NCBI RefSeq assembly: GCF_009914755.1
Contig: NC_060928.1
Strand: one strand, 5' to 3'
Source: the human T2T-CHM13v2.0 reference genome, Homo sapiens
Length of the DNA: 64,000 nucleotides
This document shows positions 1 through 12,503 of the stretch, one piece after another. The position numbers and the translations under genes were made by a program. Each line of letters begins with the position of its first letter. Position 1 is the stretch's first letter. The notes beneath the pieces are model-generated. The model had not been told where the DNA came from and ran no database searches. It was given only the letters and a program-made list of their open reading frames with translations.

Positions 1-969
1 CTCACTGTCCTCATAAATGCTACCACGTATTGCCAGCCACTAAAAATGATTGCATTACTTTTTAAATTTAACTATGTGGATTGCATGCTCTTGGAAGAAT
101 TTGTCCTCAACGTATAAACAAATTCAGAGTATCTGACATTAGAGAGAACAATGAAAATTTTATCATTACATATGTCTGAAATTCTAAAAAAAGTTTGATG
201 ATTATATGAACCATGAAGGTTCAACACATAATTGAATTGCTTTGGTGATCCTATGTAAAAATAGCTTATGTTTTGTCAAGGAAGTTGATCTCACTCATTC
301 CCATTACTTTGAATGCCATATATTTTCATATTCTCAAATGTATATTACCAGCACCAACTTGTTTTCAAAGCTGCAGACTTACACATACAACTGGATGTTT
401 AACCAGTCTGCATGATTGTCTCAGAGTAATTTCAAAGTTAAATGACCAGAACTGAGTCCTATATGTATTAGGCAAAAAACTGTGTCTACCCCATTAATAA
501 CATCAACACTCAAACAGTTTTTAAGCCAGAATCTTTACGTCAACTGTGATAATTCAACTTAATTATCTAAGAAATCTCATCATTCTTTTGATACAACTTT
601 ATATATTTAAGATAAGCTCATTTCTGCTGTCTCTATTCTCAATATTATTGACTAGAGATCCTAGTATATAGTAGGTACATTCACTGAAGACATTAACAGA
701 GACTGGATAGATTAACTCATATAGCCAGTTTATTGAATGCTCTTATGTGAACAATAAAACACTTTATAAATATGCCTCCCATTTTTAAATGAACTATATG
801 ACATTGATATACAAGCAATAATTTAAGAAGAAATATGTTACAATGATATAGAAAGCTGCTGTCACACTGTCTTTGTTACAGGTTCTTCTAATGATTGAAG
901 GATCTTTAAAAATAAACTGACAAAATCACGAAAGCTGTCTTTAATTCAAATTTAATTGAATGCACCTGC

Positions 970-2130
970 TAGAATAGTCTAGGTTGTGTTGCAAAACCCA
1001 GTGGTTTAAAACAGTCCATGCTTATTTTCTACACATACTGCATATATATCACAGATTAACTGGTGTATCTGCCCTGCATTCTCCTCACTTTAGAATCTAT
1101 ACTGACAAAGCAGAAGTCATCTGCAACATTGACTGTTTCTAAGGCAAAAGCTAAAAGAAAAGGTAATTAAATTAGGTTAGGTTCTTCCAGCTTCGGTCTG
1201 GTGATAAATGTATGCATTCCACCCATATTTCATCAGCACAAAACATGTTACTTCAGGGAGGTAGGTGAATTAAATCCTACCATGTTCCCGTATGAGAACC
1301 AGTTAAAAACCATAATAAAAATAGTAATATTTATTTGCGTCTACACTTCTGATCACCAACTATTTAGTCCAATCTCCTTTACATTTTCGAGATACACACA
1401 GCATATCCTCAAGAAATGCAAAACCCCTTCTAATCATGACATCGAGCTCAAACTCCAGACTCTCTGAATGATATAAGATATGCCTATTTAACCTAGCAAC
1501 CTATGAACTAAAAGACATTATCTGCTTTCCTAGAGCTCATTACCTACCCCCAAGCATTTGGGGAGAAAACAATAATTTTAAGGCTTATAAAGTATTTTTT
1601 TTAGTCGAGGCTGATAGATATTTTGAATTTAAGACTTAAACTCTGCTTTTATATTTATTGTCTGTCAGCTTCACAAGCTTTCATATAAACTCTTCTCTCC
1701 TGAAATGTATTGCTGTAAGCATCAAATTTTTATTGGCTACCACAGGTGGTATTAACAACTTTTTTCTAGATCAGCAATTTCATCAGGCCTATGCTGTACT
1801 TTATAAGTTACTATACACAACACTTTACAAACTACCACAGCATGACCTGGATTTTCATCTTTCCAGCTTCTGATGTTTTTCTCACTACTCACCAATGAAC
1901 AATTAAGCCATCTCTACATCATGTAAATATGTCTTCCAGCACCACCTCATTCCTAGCATCAAGTTATATACTAGTCACTCTACTATCCTGCTTAGTACAT
2001 AACTTGGTGCTAGGAATGAGGTGGTGCTGTAGTATCATTTGTGCTTGACTAACAAACCCCGAAGTCCCAGAATCTGGAAATAATAGTGATTGGTTGATGA
2101 TGCTACATTTCTACCAATAGTTCAGTCTGT
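970..2130 (-). mobile_element. Old MaLR (MLT1-type) LTR/internal remnants
   Basis: 1937-1975 reads on the minus strand as a MaLR LTR end followed by the internal start (...ACTAGTATATAACTTGATGCTAGGAATGAGGTGGTGCTG). Flanks are highly diverged and boundaries approximate. Confidence 0.4.
1937..2029. repeat. 37-bp inverted repeat (35/37 identical) with 19-nt spacer
   Basis: Left arm 1937-1973 cagcaccacctcattcctagcatcaagttatatacta; right arm 1993-2029 is its reverse complement with 2 differences. Confidence 0.95.
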
Positions 2131-3907
2131 TTCTGTTACCAAAATCTGTGATATAATTGATAGTAAACCTATTACCTAGAAGGCTTTTGGCATTTAAAGT
2201 AGAGGGGGGAAAATATTCTGAATTCTCCCTGACTGAAATCTTTGGCAAAAAAGGACATGCATCACTTAGTTTTACATTTTCTTATTTGCAAAACACATCA
2301 TGTGATCATACCTAACTCCAAAGGGATAGAGGTGATTCCAAATCCAAATGTGATTTTGACTGCAAAGGGGGGGAACATGAATTTCTTCCATGTGTATGGA
2401 AAGATAAATAATGCTCCTGCCTTATCCATCAGAATCTTGCAATCACAGAGATGTTCGAATGGAAAAGTTACTTTCAAAATTAATTGTATAATAATTTTAC
2501 AAATTCCTCCTTGTAAGAGGAGTTGTTTTGATTATACTGCCTTCCTAAGGACATTAAAATTGAAAACAATATGAGGATATTTTAGTTTCTTAAAATATAT
2601 TTTATCAGACTTAGAGTTCATAGCTTTCCCATTTCTGCTTCTGTATTGAGTAGTTATACTATCTTACAGAAAATAAATATTAATATAATGAATCTAATAT
2701 ATTTATTGTTAATACATCATATATGATTGTATTTAGAAATTATAGACTCAAGGAAGAATTGTTAAAATTAAAAAAATTATTATCTGGAGTGTTCAAGAAG
2801 GTCAGAGTCCCAGTTACGATTACAATATTTTCTCTGAGTCTTACATAAGAATCCATCATGCATATTATTTTTATTTCTGAAGAGCTAGCTAGCTAGATAA
2901 AAATAAAATGTTACATACATATTTTAAGCATTGTGTATATGTCTAAATATATGTATATATATAATGCTGTTGGAAATTCAGACTTTTTTGGAGTAAGAAA
3001 ATTTGATAAGTAATGTAATTTAGTTTTTCCTTCTTCAAACAAAATATGTTCTCTCCATCTTTAACCAAGACATTCATTTCTTGGGCAAAATAAGATAAAT
3101 AAAAATGGTCAGCTCATCTGATGTTAAAAATATACTATCAACTATTTTGTTATGTGAATTATAACGTCACTTTCATTACCAACATGACCTGCTATGTATA
3201 GTGACTGTAAAATCATCATTGCAGATAATAATAAAAATTTCCTCTCCACTGCAGTATGGCAGGTAGCGTAGCCTATGCTCCTTATGGTATAGAAGAGACA
3301 ACTATCAAACATAATAGCACCATTTTCCTCATTGTTGTGTAGCTAGATTTTTAAACATTAATTTTATTAGTGTCTTTTGAAAGTAGAAAGCTTAATCTTC
3401 GATAATTGTAGTGGACATGCGCCTCCAGAATGTATTCATTCCACAGACTTTAATGTAGAAAAGGCAGCCAAAGGTACTAGTCCTAGAATTTTATCTTTAT
3501 TAAAAATTTAATTCACACACAATTCCCGTGGCATAAGATATATATTTTACATACATTTTACAAATGAAAATACTGTGACCCAAAGTGGATATTAACAAGG
3601 TTATTTAACAAGGTCACACAGTTAAGAAGCTAAAGATAGGTCTTGAACACAGAGTGTTTCCATACTTGTCCTTAACCACTATACTACACTACGTGGTGGA
3701 GGAGAGTAAAATGGAAATAGGAAGAGAAAAATTTATTGGGCATTTACTGTGCAGCAGGTACTACTTTACTACGTATACAGATAAACATTTGATCATCAAA
3801 AATAACCTTGTGAAGTAGGAAACACTGAGCTCTTTAAAAGATAAAAAAATTGAGATCATGAAATATAAATATTTTCCTAATGTTACAAGTCAAAAAATTA
3901 ACAAGCA

Positions 3908-4218
3908 TTTTTTTTTTTTTTTTTTTTTTGAGACAGAGTCTCACTCTGTTACCCAGACTGGTGTGCAGTGGCACAATCTCAGCTCACCACAACCTTTGTC
4001 TCCGGGGTTCAAATGATTCTTCTGCCTCAACCTCCTGAGTAGCTGGTATTACAGGCACCTCGTCCACACCTGGCTAATTTTTGTATTTTTAGTAGAAACA
4101 GATTGGCCAGGCTGGTCTATGTTGGCCAGGCTGGTCTCAAACTCCTGGCCTCAGGTGATCCTCCTGCCTCAGCCCCCCAAATTGCTGGGATTACAGACGT
4201 AAGCCACCGCTCCCAGCC
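3908..4218 (-). mobile_element. Alu (AluS-like), full length
   Basis: Poly-T, then gagacagagtctcactctg ... gggattacag ... cccagcc: Alu dimer on the minus strand. Confidence 0.95.
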
Positions 4219-4659
4219 AAACGTGAATTTTTTTAAGCCCTGTAAATTATGTATTTTACCCAAATTATATTTTAATACTTAATCAATTGCATACATTTAC
4301 CATTAACCTAAGTTATAAAAGTTACTTAACATTGTCATAAATAACTGCTCATTTATTAAATGCTAATTTTATGAGGAAAGAAAGTTGTCACTAGATCATT
4401 AGATAAGTTTGAGCACAAAACTTTAGTGAAAAGGAACAACTAACACAATCACAATGTGTTATATTTAAGTACACACTAAGATCACAGAACCAAGTTAGCT
4501 AATGATTTGACAGATTCATTGTCAGACTACCAAAATGTATCGATATCATGTAATCTGGACTTGACTTCTAAAATAAGCATCAAACAAAACCATAAAAAGG
4601 GCAAACTGAGATTATTTCCCCAAAATACAAATACATTATATAAGAAAAATCTTTATCAT

Positions 4660-6070
4660 TTTTTTCTATTTAATTTTTATTGTAGGTTGAGAGGGTACAT
4701 GTGCAGGTTTGTTACGGGGGTAAACTGCATGACACAGGAGTTTGGTTATTTTAGCTTAGTATGAAACAACCCAGGTAATAAACATAGTAGCCAATAGTGA
4801 GTTTCTTATTCTTACTCTCCTTCTACCCTCCACCCTCAAGTAGGCCCCAGTGTCTATTGTTCCCTTTTATGTGTCCATATGTAATCAATGTTTAGATCCT
4901 ATTTATAAGTAAGAACATGCAGTATTTGGTTTTCTGTTCCTCAGTTAATTCACTTAGGATAATGGCCTCCAGCTTCTTCCATGTTGCTACAAAGGACATG
5001 AGTCTGTTTTTTTATGGCTGTGTAGTATTCCATGGTATACATGTATCATGTTGACTATATCCAGTCTATCACTGATGGGCATTTAGGTTGATTCCATGTC
5101 TTTGCTATTGTGAATACTGCTGTGATGAATATACATGTTGCATGTATTTGTCTTTCTAGTAGAACAATTTATATTCCTGTGGAAATATGAATGGAATTTC
5201 TGGGCTGAATGGTAGTTCTGCTTTAAGTTCTTTGAGAAATCTCCAACTGCTTTCCTCAATGATTGAATGAATGTACATTTCCACCAGGAGTACATAAGTA
5301 TTCCCTTTTCTCTAGAACCTTGCCAGCATTTGCTAATTTTTGACTTTAATAGTAACCATTCTGACTATTAATGTGTGATGGTTTCTCATTGTGGATTTGA
5401 TTAGCATTTCTCTAATGATTAGTAATGTTGAGTATTTTTTTCATATTCTTGTTGGTTATATGTATCTTTTCATGTCCTTTGTCCATTTTTAAATGTGGTT
5501 GTTTGTTTTTTTGCATGTTCAATTGTTTAAGTTCCTTATAGATCTTGGATATTAGACTTTGTCAGATGCATAGTTTACAAACACTTTCTTCCTTCCTTAG
5601 GTTGTCTGTTTACTCTGTTGGTAGTTTCTTTTGCCGTAAGGGACCTCTTTAATTTCCATAGGTCCCAGTTGTCATTTTTTTATTATGTTGTAATTGCTTT
5701 GGGAGTCTTCATCATAAAATCTTTACCAGTTCCTAGTTCCATGATTGTATTTCATAATTTTTTTTCCAGGGCTTTTACAGTTTTAGGTTTCACATTTGAG
5801 TCTTTACTCCATTGTGAGTTGATTTTTGTATATGGCGACAGGAAGGTGTCCAGTTTCAGTCTTCTGCATATGGTTAGCCAGTTATTCCAGCACTATTAAG
5901 TGAATAGGAAGCCCTTTCCCCATTGCTTGTTTTTGTTGACTGTGTTGAAGATCATCACACTATCTGATTTCAAACTGTACTACAAGGCTACAATAACCAA
6001 AACAGCTTACAAAACCAGACACATAAACTAATGGAACATGAGAGAGAACCCAGAAATAAAGCCACACAGC
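4660..6070 (-). mobile_element. 5'-truncated L1 (older L1PA/L1PB-type) with 5' inversion
   Basis: Minus-strand L1 3'UTR and ORF2 end at 4660-5953. Plus-strand ORF2 piece at 5954-6070 (atcacactatctgatttcaaactgtactacaaggc...gaaataaagccacac). TSD-like ctttatc(t)atttt at 4651 and 6070. Confidence 0.9.
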
Positions 6071-6391
6071 TTTATCTATTTTGTTTGAACTCTTATATTA
6101 TAAAACAACAAAAAAAAATTTATCTTGAACTTTTTTGCTAATTAGTGTGTCATGCACATTTTCAGGTTTCTATGTAGGGAGATTGCCTTCATTCATTATA
6201 TACCCAAACAGTAAAATCTAGGTTAAACTAAATTTAACTAAAATAAGTGAGAATGGAATGTCATATTTATTTTCTCTGTAATACCACACTCTAAATTTTA
6301 TTACCACTGGATATATAAGTTTGCCTAACCTATGTGGCTGTAAGTACCTTTGAAAGGAACTACAGTACATTTATTAAGTTTTGATACATAC

Positions 6392-6858
6392 ATGGTCCTA
6401 AGATGAATGTTTAGATCCTCCTAAAACTAATATGTTGAAATTTTAACACCCAGATGATGGTATTGGGAGGTGGCGCCTTTGTGAGGTTATTAGGGATTAG
6501 CACCCTTACAAAAGAGGCCTGAGAAAACTCCCAGACTACTTCAGCCATGTGAATACACAAGCAGAAGATGGCCATAAACTATGAACCAGGAAGCTGGCCC
6601 TGATTAGGTACTGAATCTGCTGGTGCCTTAATTCTGGATGTCTCAGCCTCTTGAACTATGAGAAATATTTTTTCTTTTTTTACCAACCAGAAGAAAAATA
6701 CAGAACACTTCACGGATTTGTATGTCATTGCTATATAGCAGCCATGCTAATCTCTTTATTGTTCCAATGTGCTGCTGAATCTAGCACAGATTTCTGTTGT
6801 TTATAAGCCACTTGGTATTTTATATTTTTGTTACAGTAGCTCAAACTGACTTAAACAC
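6392..6858 (+). mobile_element. MLT1-type MaLR solo LTR, interrupted by U6 retrocopy
   Basis: MLT1 motifs gaatctgctggtgccttaattctggat...cagcctc...gagaaata, resuming with atttctgttgtttataagccac after the insertion. Confidence 0.75.
6695..6787 (-). pseudogene. U6 snRNA processed pseudogene (diverged, small internal deletion)
   Basis: Minus strand reads GTGCTAGATTCAGCAGCACAT...GGAACAATAAAGAGATTAGCATGGC...ATGACATACAAATCCGTGAAGTGTTCTGTATTTTT, colinear with U6. Poly-A remnant at 6668-6681. Confidence 0.9.
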
Positions 6859-6898
6859 AGGGTTGATATTCAGTAAAAATTAAGTTAGGAAAGAAATA

Positions 6899-6919
6899 TG
6901 TGTGTGTGTGTGTGTGTGT
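6899..6919. repeat. (TG)n microsatellite
   Basis: Directly visible. Confidence 0.9.
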
Positions 6920-7271
6920 ATTTCTGATAGTTTCAAGTGTGTCCTAAAAAATGTGCCCAATGACTTATATTTAATTTGAACTGTTTTATGCTTATTCCCC
7001 AAACACTGTTTATAAACACATATATTAAAAAGTAATTATCTTTAAAAATTTTATTACAATGTGTATATTTCATTAAACATTATTTTATAGTAGTTTGATA
7101 CATTTAATGGATGTGAGAATTTTCATGTTATTATTAAATTTGTAAATTTGAATTTGTATCTATGTCCTAATTTATTCAAGGCTCTGTGCCATAGCCATTT
7201 CCTAGGGAAAATTTTCTTATGGAAGGTTGTATTTCTCAGGTGCGTCTAATGAGAAAACTCATATCATTAAA

Positions 7272-9936
7272 TAATATAGTTTGGATGTTGTCCCTGCTCA
7301 AATCTCATGTGAAATGGAATCTCCAATACTGGAGATGTAGCCTGGTGGGAGGGAAATGAATCATGGGGTCAGATTTCTCGTGAATGATTTAATATCATTC
7401 TCTTGGTACTGTCCTCAAAAAAGTGAGTGAGTTCTCACAAGATCTGGTTGTTTAAAGGTGTGTCACATCTCTTCTCTCTGTCTCTTTGTTCTTATTTTCA
7501 CCATATGATACACCTGCTCCCTCTTCACCTTCTGTCTAATTGTAAGATTCCTGAGGCCTCCCCATAAGCAGGTGCCATGCCACTATACTTCCTGTACGGC
7601 CCACAGAACTATGGGACAATTAAACCTCTTTCCTTTATAAATTACCCAGTCTCAGGTATTTTTTATAGCAATGTGAGAACAGCCTAATGCAGGGTGAAGT
7701 ATTGCACACCTGAGAATCTGGAAGCAGCTTTGGAATTCACTAACAGGTAGAGGTTGGAAGAGTTTCGAGAGTTCAGAAGAAGAAAGGAAGATGAGGGAAA
7801 GTTTGAAACTTAAAGACTGATTAAATGATTGGGACCAAAATTCTGATAATGATACGGACAGTGAATTCTAGGCTGAAGATGTCTCAGAAGAAAATGAGAA
7901 ACTTACTGGGAACTGGATAAAAGGTCACTTTGCTATACCACAGCAGAGAGCATGGGTGCATTGTGCCCATGCCCTAGGGATCCGTGGAACTTTAAACTTG
8001 AGAATGATGCAAGCGTGTGTAGCCTGCCTTATTTTGTTGTTGTTGTTCTTGTTTTATTTTGTTGTTTTAGGCTTGAAGCAGCCTGTAGACATGGTTTTAG
8101 TTTCTGTCTTCAGTGATAAGCATAAAAGAGAGATAAAGAAGAGGCTTTACTGGCCCAACCAGACAAACAGAAACTCAGAACCCACGAGTGTATTCTCTCC
8201 CTGGGACACCTCTGGTTGTGGAATAAATTTCTAAGCAGCAAAGTGTTCAAGATGCACACTGGCTACTTCTCATAGCCTAATTTCAGATGCAGTAGCAGAA
8301 GAATAACTTGAAGTTGGAACTTATATTTAAAAGAGAAGCAGAGCATAAATGTTTGCAAAAAAAATGTAGCCTGGCCACACGGCATAGAAAAAAAAAGAGT
8401 TTTTTGAGAAGTAATTCGAGCAGGCTACTGAGCAACCACTTGCTAGAGAAATTTGTGTAACTAAGAAGAAGGCAAGTGCTGATAGCCAAGACAATGAGAA
8501 AAAGGCCTGGAAGGCATCTCAAATATCTAAGAGGCAGCCCCTCCCACCAGAAGCCCTGAGGCCTGGGAGAACAGAATGGTTTCCTGGGCCAGGTTTTGAG
8601 CCCTGCTGCCTTGCCTAGACCCAGGACACTGCTTTTGCCTCCTGGCTGCTGGAGCTTCAACCCTGGTGCAAAGGGACTTATGTACAGCTTGGGATGCTGC
8701 TTCAGGGAGTGTAAGTGGTTTTAAGCCTGCAGGTGCACAAAGTGCCAAAGTTGAGGCTTGGGAACCATTGCCTAGATTTCAGCGGATATATGAAAAAGCC
8801 TGGGTGTCCAAGCAAAAGCCTGATGGAGGGGTGGAACCATCATGGAGAACCTCTACTAGGGCAGTGGGAAGCCATCATGGAGAACCACTACTAGGGCCGT
8901 GCAGAGTGTGAAGTTGGAGTCTCCACGCAGAGTCCTCACTGGGGCACTGCCTCATGATGTTGTGAGAAAAGGGCCACTGTTCTCCAGATCCCAAGAATGA
9001 TATATCCACCAGCTTATGTTTGCCTGGAAAAGTTGCTGGCACTCAATGCCAACCTACCAGCCTGTTAGAGCAGCCATAGGGACTGAACCCTGCAAAGTCA
9101 CAGGAGTGGAGCTATCCAAGACCTTGGGAGCTCACTTTATCAAACCAGTGTGTCTTGGATGTGAGACATGATATCAAAGGAGATTATTCTGGAGCTTTAA
9201 GATTTAATGATTGTTCTACTAGGTTTTGGACTTGCATGGACCCTGTAGCCACTTTCTTTTAGTGGGTTTCTCCTTTTTGGAATGAGAGTGTTTACTCAAT
9301 GCTTGTACCTCCATTGTATCTTGCATGTAACTAACTTGTTTTTGATTTTACAGGCTCATAGGTGGAAAAGACTTGCTTTGTCTCAGAGAGACTTCAGACT
9401 TTGGACTTTTGAGGTAACACTAAAATGAGTTAAGACTTTGGGGGATTATTGGGAAGGCATGATGGTATTTTGAAATGTGAGAAGGGCATGAGATTTTGGA
9501 GGGACCAAGGGCAGAAAAAATATAGTTTGGGAATTTGTCCCTGCCCAAATCTCATGTATAAATGGAATCCCCAGTGTTGCAGGTGGGGCCTGGTGGGAAG
9601 TGATTGGATCATGGGGGAAGATTTCTCATGAATGGTTTAGTACCATTCTCTTGGCACTGTCCTCTTCATAGTGAGTGAGTTCTTGCAGGATCTGATTGTT
9701 TAAAAGTGTGTGCCATCTCCCCTCTCTTCCTCTTTTCTCCTGCTTTGGTCATGGGAAGTGCCTGCTCCCCCTTAGCATTCTGCAACAATTGGAAACTTCC
9801 TGAGGCCTCCCCAGAAACAGATGCCACTAGGCTTCCTGTACAGCCTGCAGAACTGTGAGCCAATTAAACATCTTTTCTATATAAATTACCCAGTCTCAGA
9901 TATTTCTTCATAGCAATGTGAGAATGGCCCAATGCA
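7272..9936 (+). mobile_element. Full-length MaLR (MST-type) element: LTR ~7272-7691, internal, LTR ~9517-9936
   Basis: Two similar LTRs starting tatagtttgg...ccctgc(t/c)caaatctcatg and ending ataaattacccagtctcag...aatgca, with MaLR internal sequence between. Confidence 0.9.
8010..8214. mobile_element. Short non-autonomous DNA transposon (MER107-like, hAT) nested in MST internal region
   Basis: caagc...gccttattttgttgttgttgttc...ggctttactggcccaaccag...aacccacgagtgtattctctccctgggacacc resembles the recalled MER107 consensus and interrupts MaLR internal sequence. Confidence 0.7.
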
Positions 9937-12472
9937 ACAAATATAAGGGAAAACATAATAAGTTTGCCCAGTGTCACAACCTGGATAAGTGTGTGAGGTG
10001 GCTGAGTGTCTTAAAGCCTAAGCAGATCCCAATACTATCTTGCCTCCCAAATGTGGCAGTCTTGAACAAGCTCACACAAGATTTCTTCTCCGTTTTATAG
10101 AACTGTCTTCAGGGTTTCTACTACACATTTTATCTTCCACGTAGTTGACAGATTTAATTTCTGAAAGGCAGATCTGAAAAAAAATGATTACCCTGTTCAA
10201 AGAAAAATAGTCCAAATGCCCTAGCAAGGCAATCAGGCCCTCTCTGATCAGCCCCAGCTATACCATTTTAATCTCAGTTTGCTCTGTTTTGAAGTATCAC
10301 AGCATGTACTTAATTACACCAACCCAGGAAGCTTGGCTTATTACTTTCCTGCCTCTTTTTTTCTTGGATATGCTAAACTTTCTTCCTGGGTTGCTCTTTC
10401 GACCTCAACCAGGCTAATGTTCTATACTATATACTTTTCAAGATCCTTTCAAGTGCCATCTTCAGCTAAACAATTCTTTGACTCTCATACTCATAACTAA
10501 ATTTCTTTTACATAAAAGAATTATTTCCCTAGACTTCTCAGTATAATTTGTGTTAAACTTGTGTATGCTATTTATTATATTGTAATTTGTTTTAAATGTG
10601 TTATCTGTCTTTCCAATTAAATTCATGCATTTTAAGGTTAGCAAATACATTTCATTATAAGCTTCGTGTAATCTAAACTATTTGAATAACAAAGCAGGCA
10701 TAGCTCTCTCAAATGTGTACGTCTCTCTTGATATAGTCACCACTTCACTGCTAGTTTCCGTAGACAGAAATGTTATTTAAGCTTTATGTATGTTTTTAAA
10801 CTAGTGTTTCCAGTATTAATTGTATTCATTCAATCTTGATTTAATAGGAAATAGGTTTTCTCTTATTTGCACAATATGCTCCCCTTAATTTCATTCCTTT
10901 AATGGTTAGCATTTCTTTGTTTACCTCATCTTCTCAGATTTACCATTTTAAGTAGAAAATTTCCAAAGAAAACACAATTTATTCACTTTTCATTGGTCTA
11001 AAAAATTTAGATCATTTTTGCTATTTTTTTATATGTACAAAACAAACATTTCAGAGTTACTTTTCCCTTGCCTACCAAGGGAAATACAAACTTTAGAATC
11101 AAATTCAAGAAAAGCCTGGATATGACCTATTCTTTTTTCTGAACCCAAGATAGTTTTATTGTAAAATAACATTTAGATGGCTTTCAAATGTTTGAATCAT
11201 GGCAGTGTTAAAAATATTTCCATGTCATCTAATTTGGTGCTTCTCAAACTATGTAGAGTAAAGTAATTTTTTTTAAACTTCTATTTTGTCATGGACTGAT
11301 ACATTTGTAAAATACAATGAAAATAAACTATTAGAAAAAAATACTAATATATCAATTATAAGCCTCACTATTTTATGATTAAAATAGTAGGTTGGGCAAG
11401 CATAAAATATCTCTTTTAAACGTCTATGATAGCTTACAAATGCCCACTCCTAACTATTGGATTATATACAGTAATAATAGATATTTGAATCATTACTGGG
11501 ATGAGGAGTACATCTGCTTATAGGAGACCCTAAGTGGCACATAAAGGAGTTGTCATCTCTTTTGGACAATACGGAATGAATATGAACTATACAGATTGTG
11601 ACGGAACACACTCCAAGCAAGGGAATCAAATTTTCCTGAAACTCAAGAAATAAAAATTACAAAATGTGTATTGAGCCTGATAAGTAGTATAGAATGTTGA
11701 CACATGTAGTAATAGAGAAGAGCTAGAAAGTAATCTCAAGAATGTGAATTGGGGTACATAAGAGATGTATAAAGTTGAAAAATGAAGGGTAAGTCTGTAA
11801 AAAGATCTGCTACCTACAAAAGCAATGCCTTCCAGTGAACTCACGTGTCTTATCTCCCAATCTCCCATTGTTTATAATCCCCCATCCCAGATTAGAGTTC
11901 TCCCTAAATCACTCTGCCTAAAGTAGTCTAGTTAAACTCAATGAATATCACACCATTTAATATAAGGGATACTTATTGCATTTCTCTGTGCTTCTTAGCC
12001 ATATTTGACACCACTAATCTTGTCCTTTTTACTTAAATTATCTTGGTGAGGTTTCTGTGATAAACATTCCCCGTGTTCCTATCTCTCTGGTACATTCTCC
12101 TTGTTTTCCCTTATCATCTTCTCTTTATTTAAAACACATGCTGAAGTTTCTCAGGCCTCTGTAACTGGTTCTTTTCTCTTCCTACTCATTACATTGTTCT
12201 TTACAAATGTGTCTTCTCTAATCCAACAGCTACAAAGATCACCTATACATTTTAAATTTCCAAATCAACATATTTAACCATGACCACTCCCCTGAGTTCT
12301 TCACAGCCAAAGGTCTAATGGTTAACTATACATGGATATCACACAGGAATCTCCAACTTAAAATGAAAAAAAAAAGGATGATTTCTAACTGCCTGTCTAC
12401 TTGTCTGCACTCAAAATAAGAAAGCAAGCTAGCAAGCAAGCAAGCAAACAAACAATATTCTTCCCTCCCTGA

Positions 12473-12503
<31 letters not shown>
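12473..12503. repeat. (GC)3(AC)n alternating purine-pyrimidine tract
   Basis: gcgcgcacacacac... directly visible. Confidence 0.9.
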
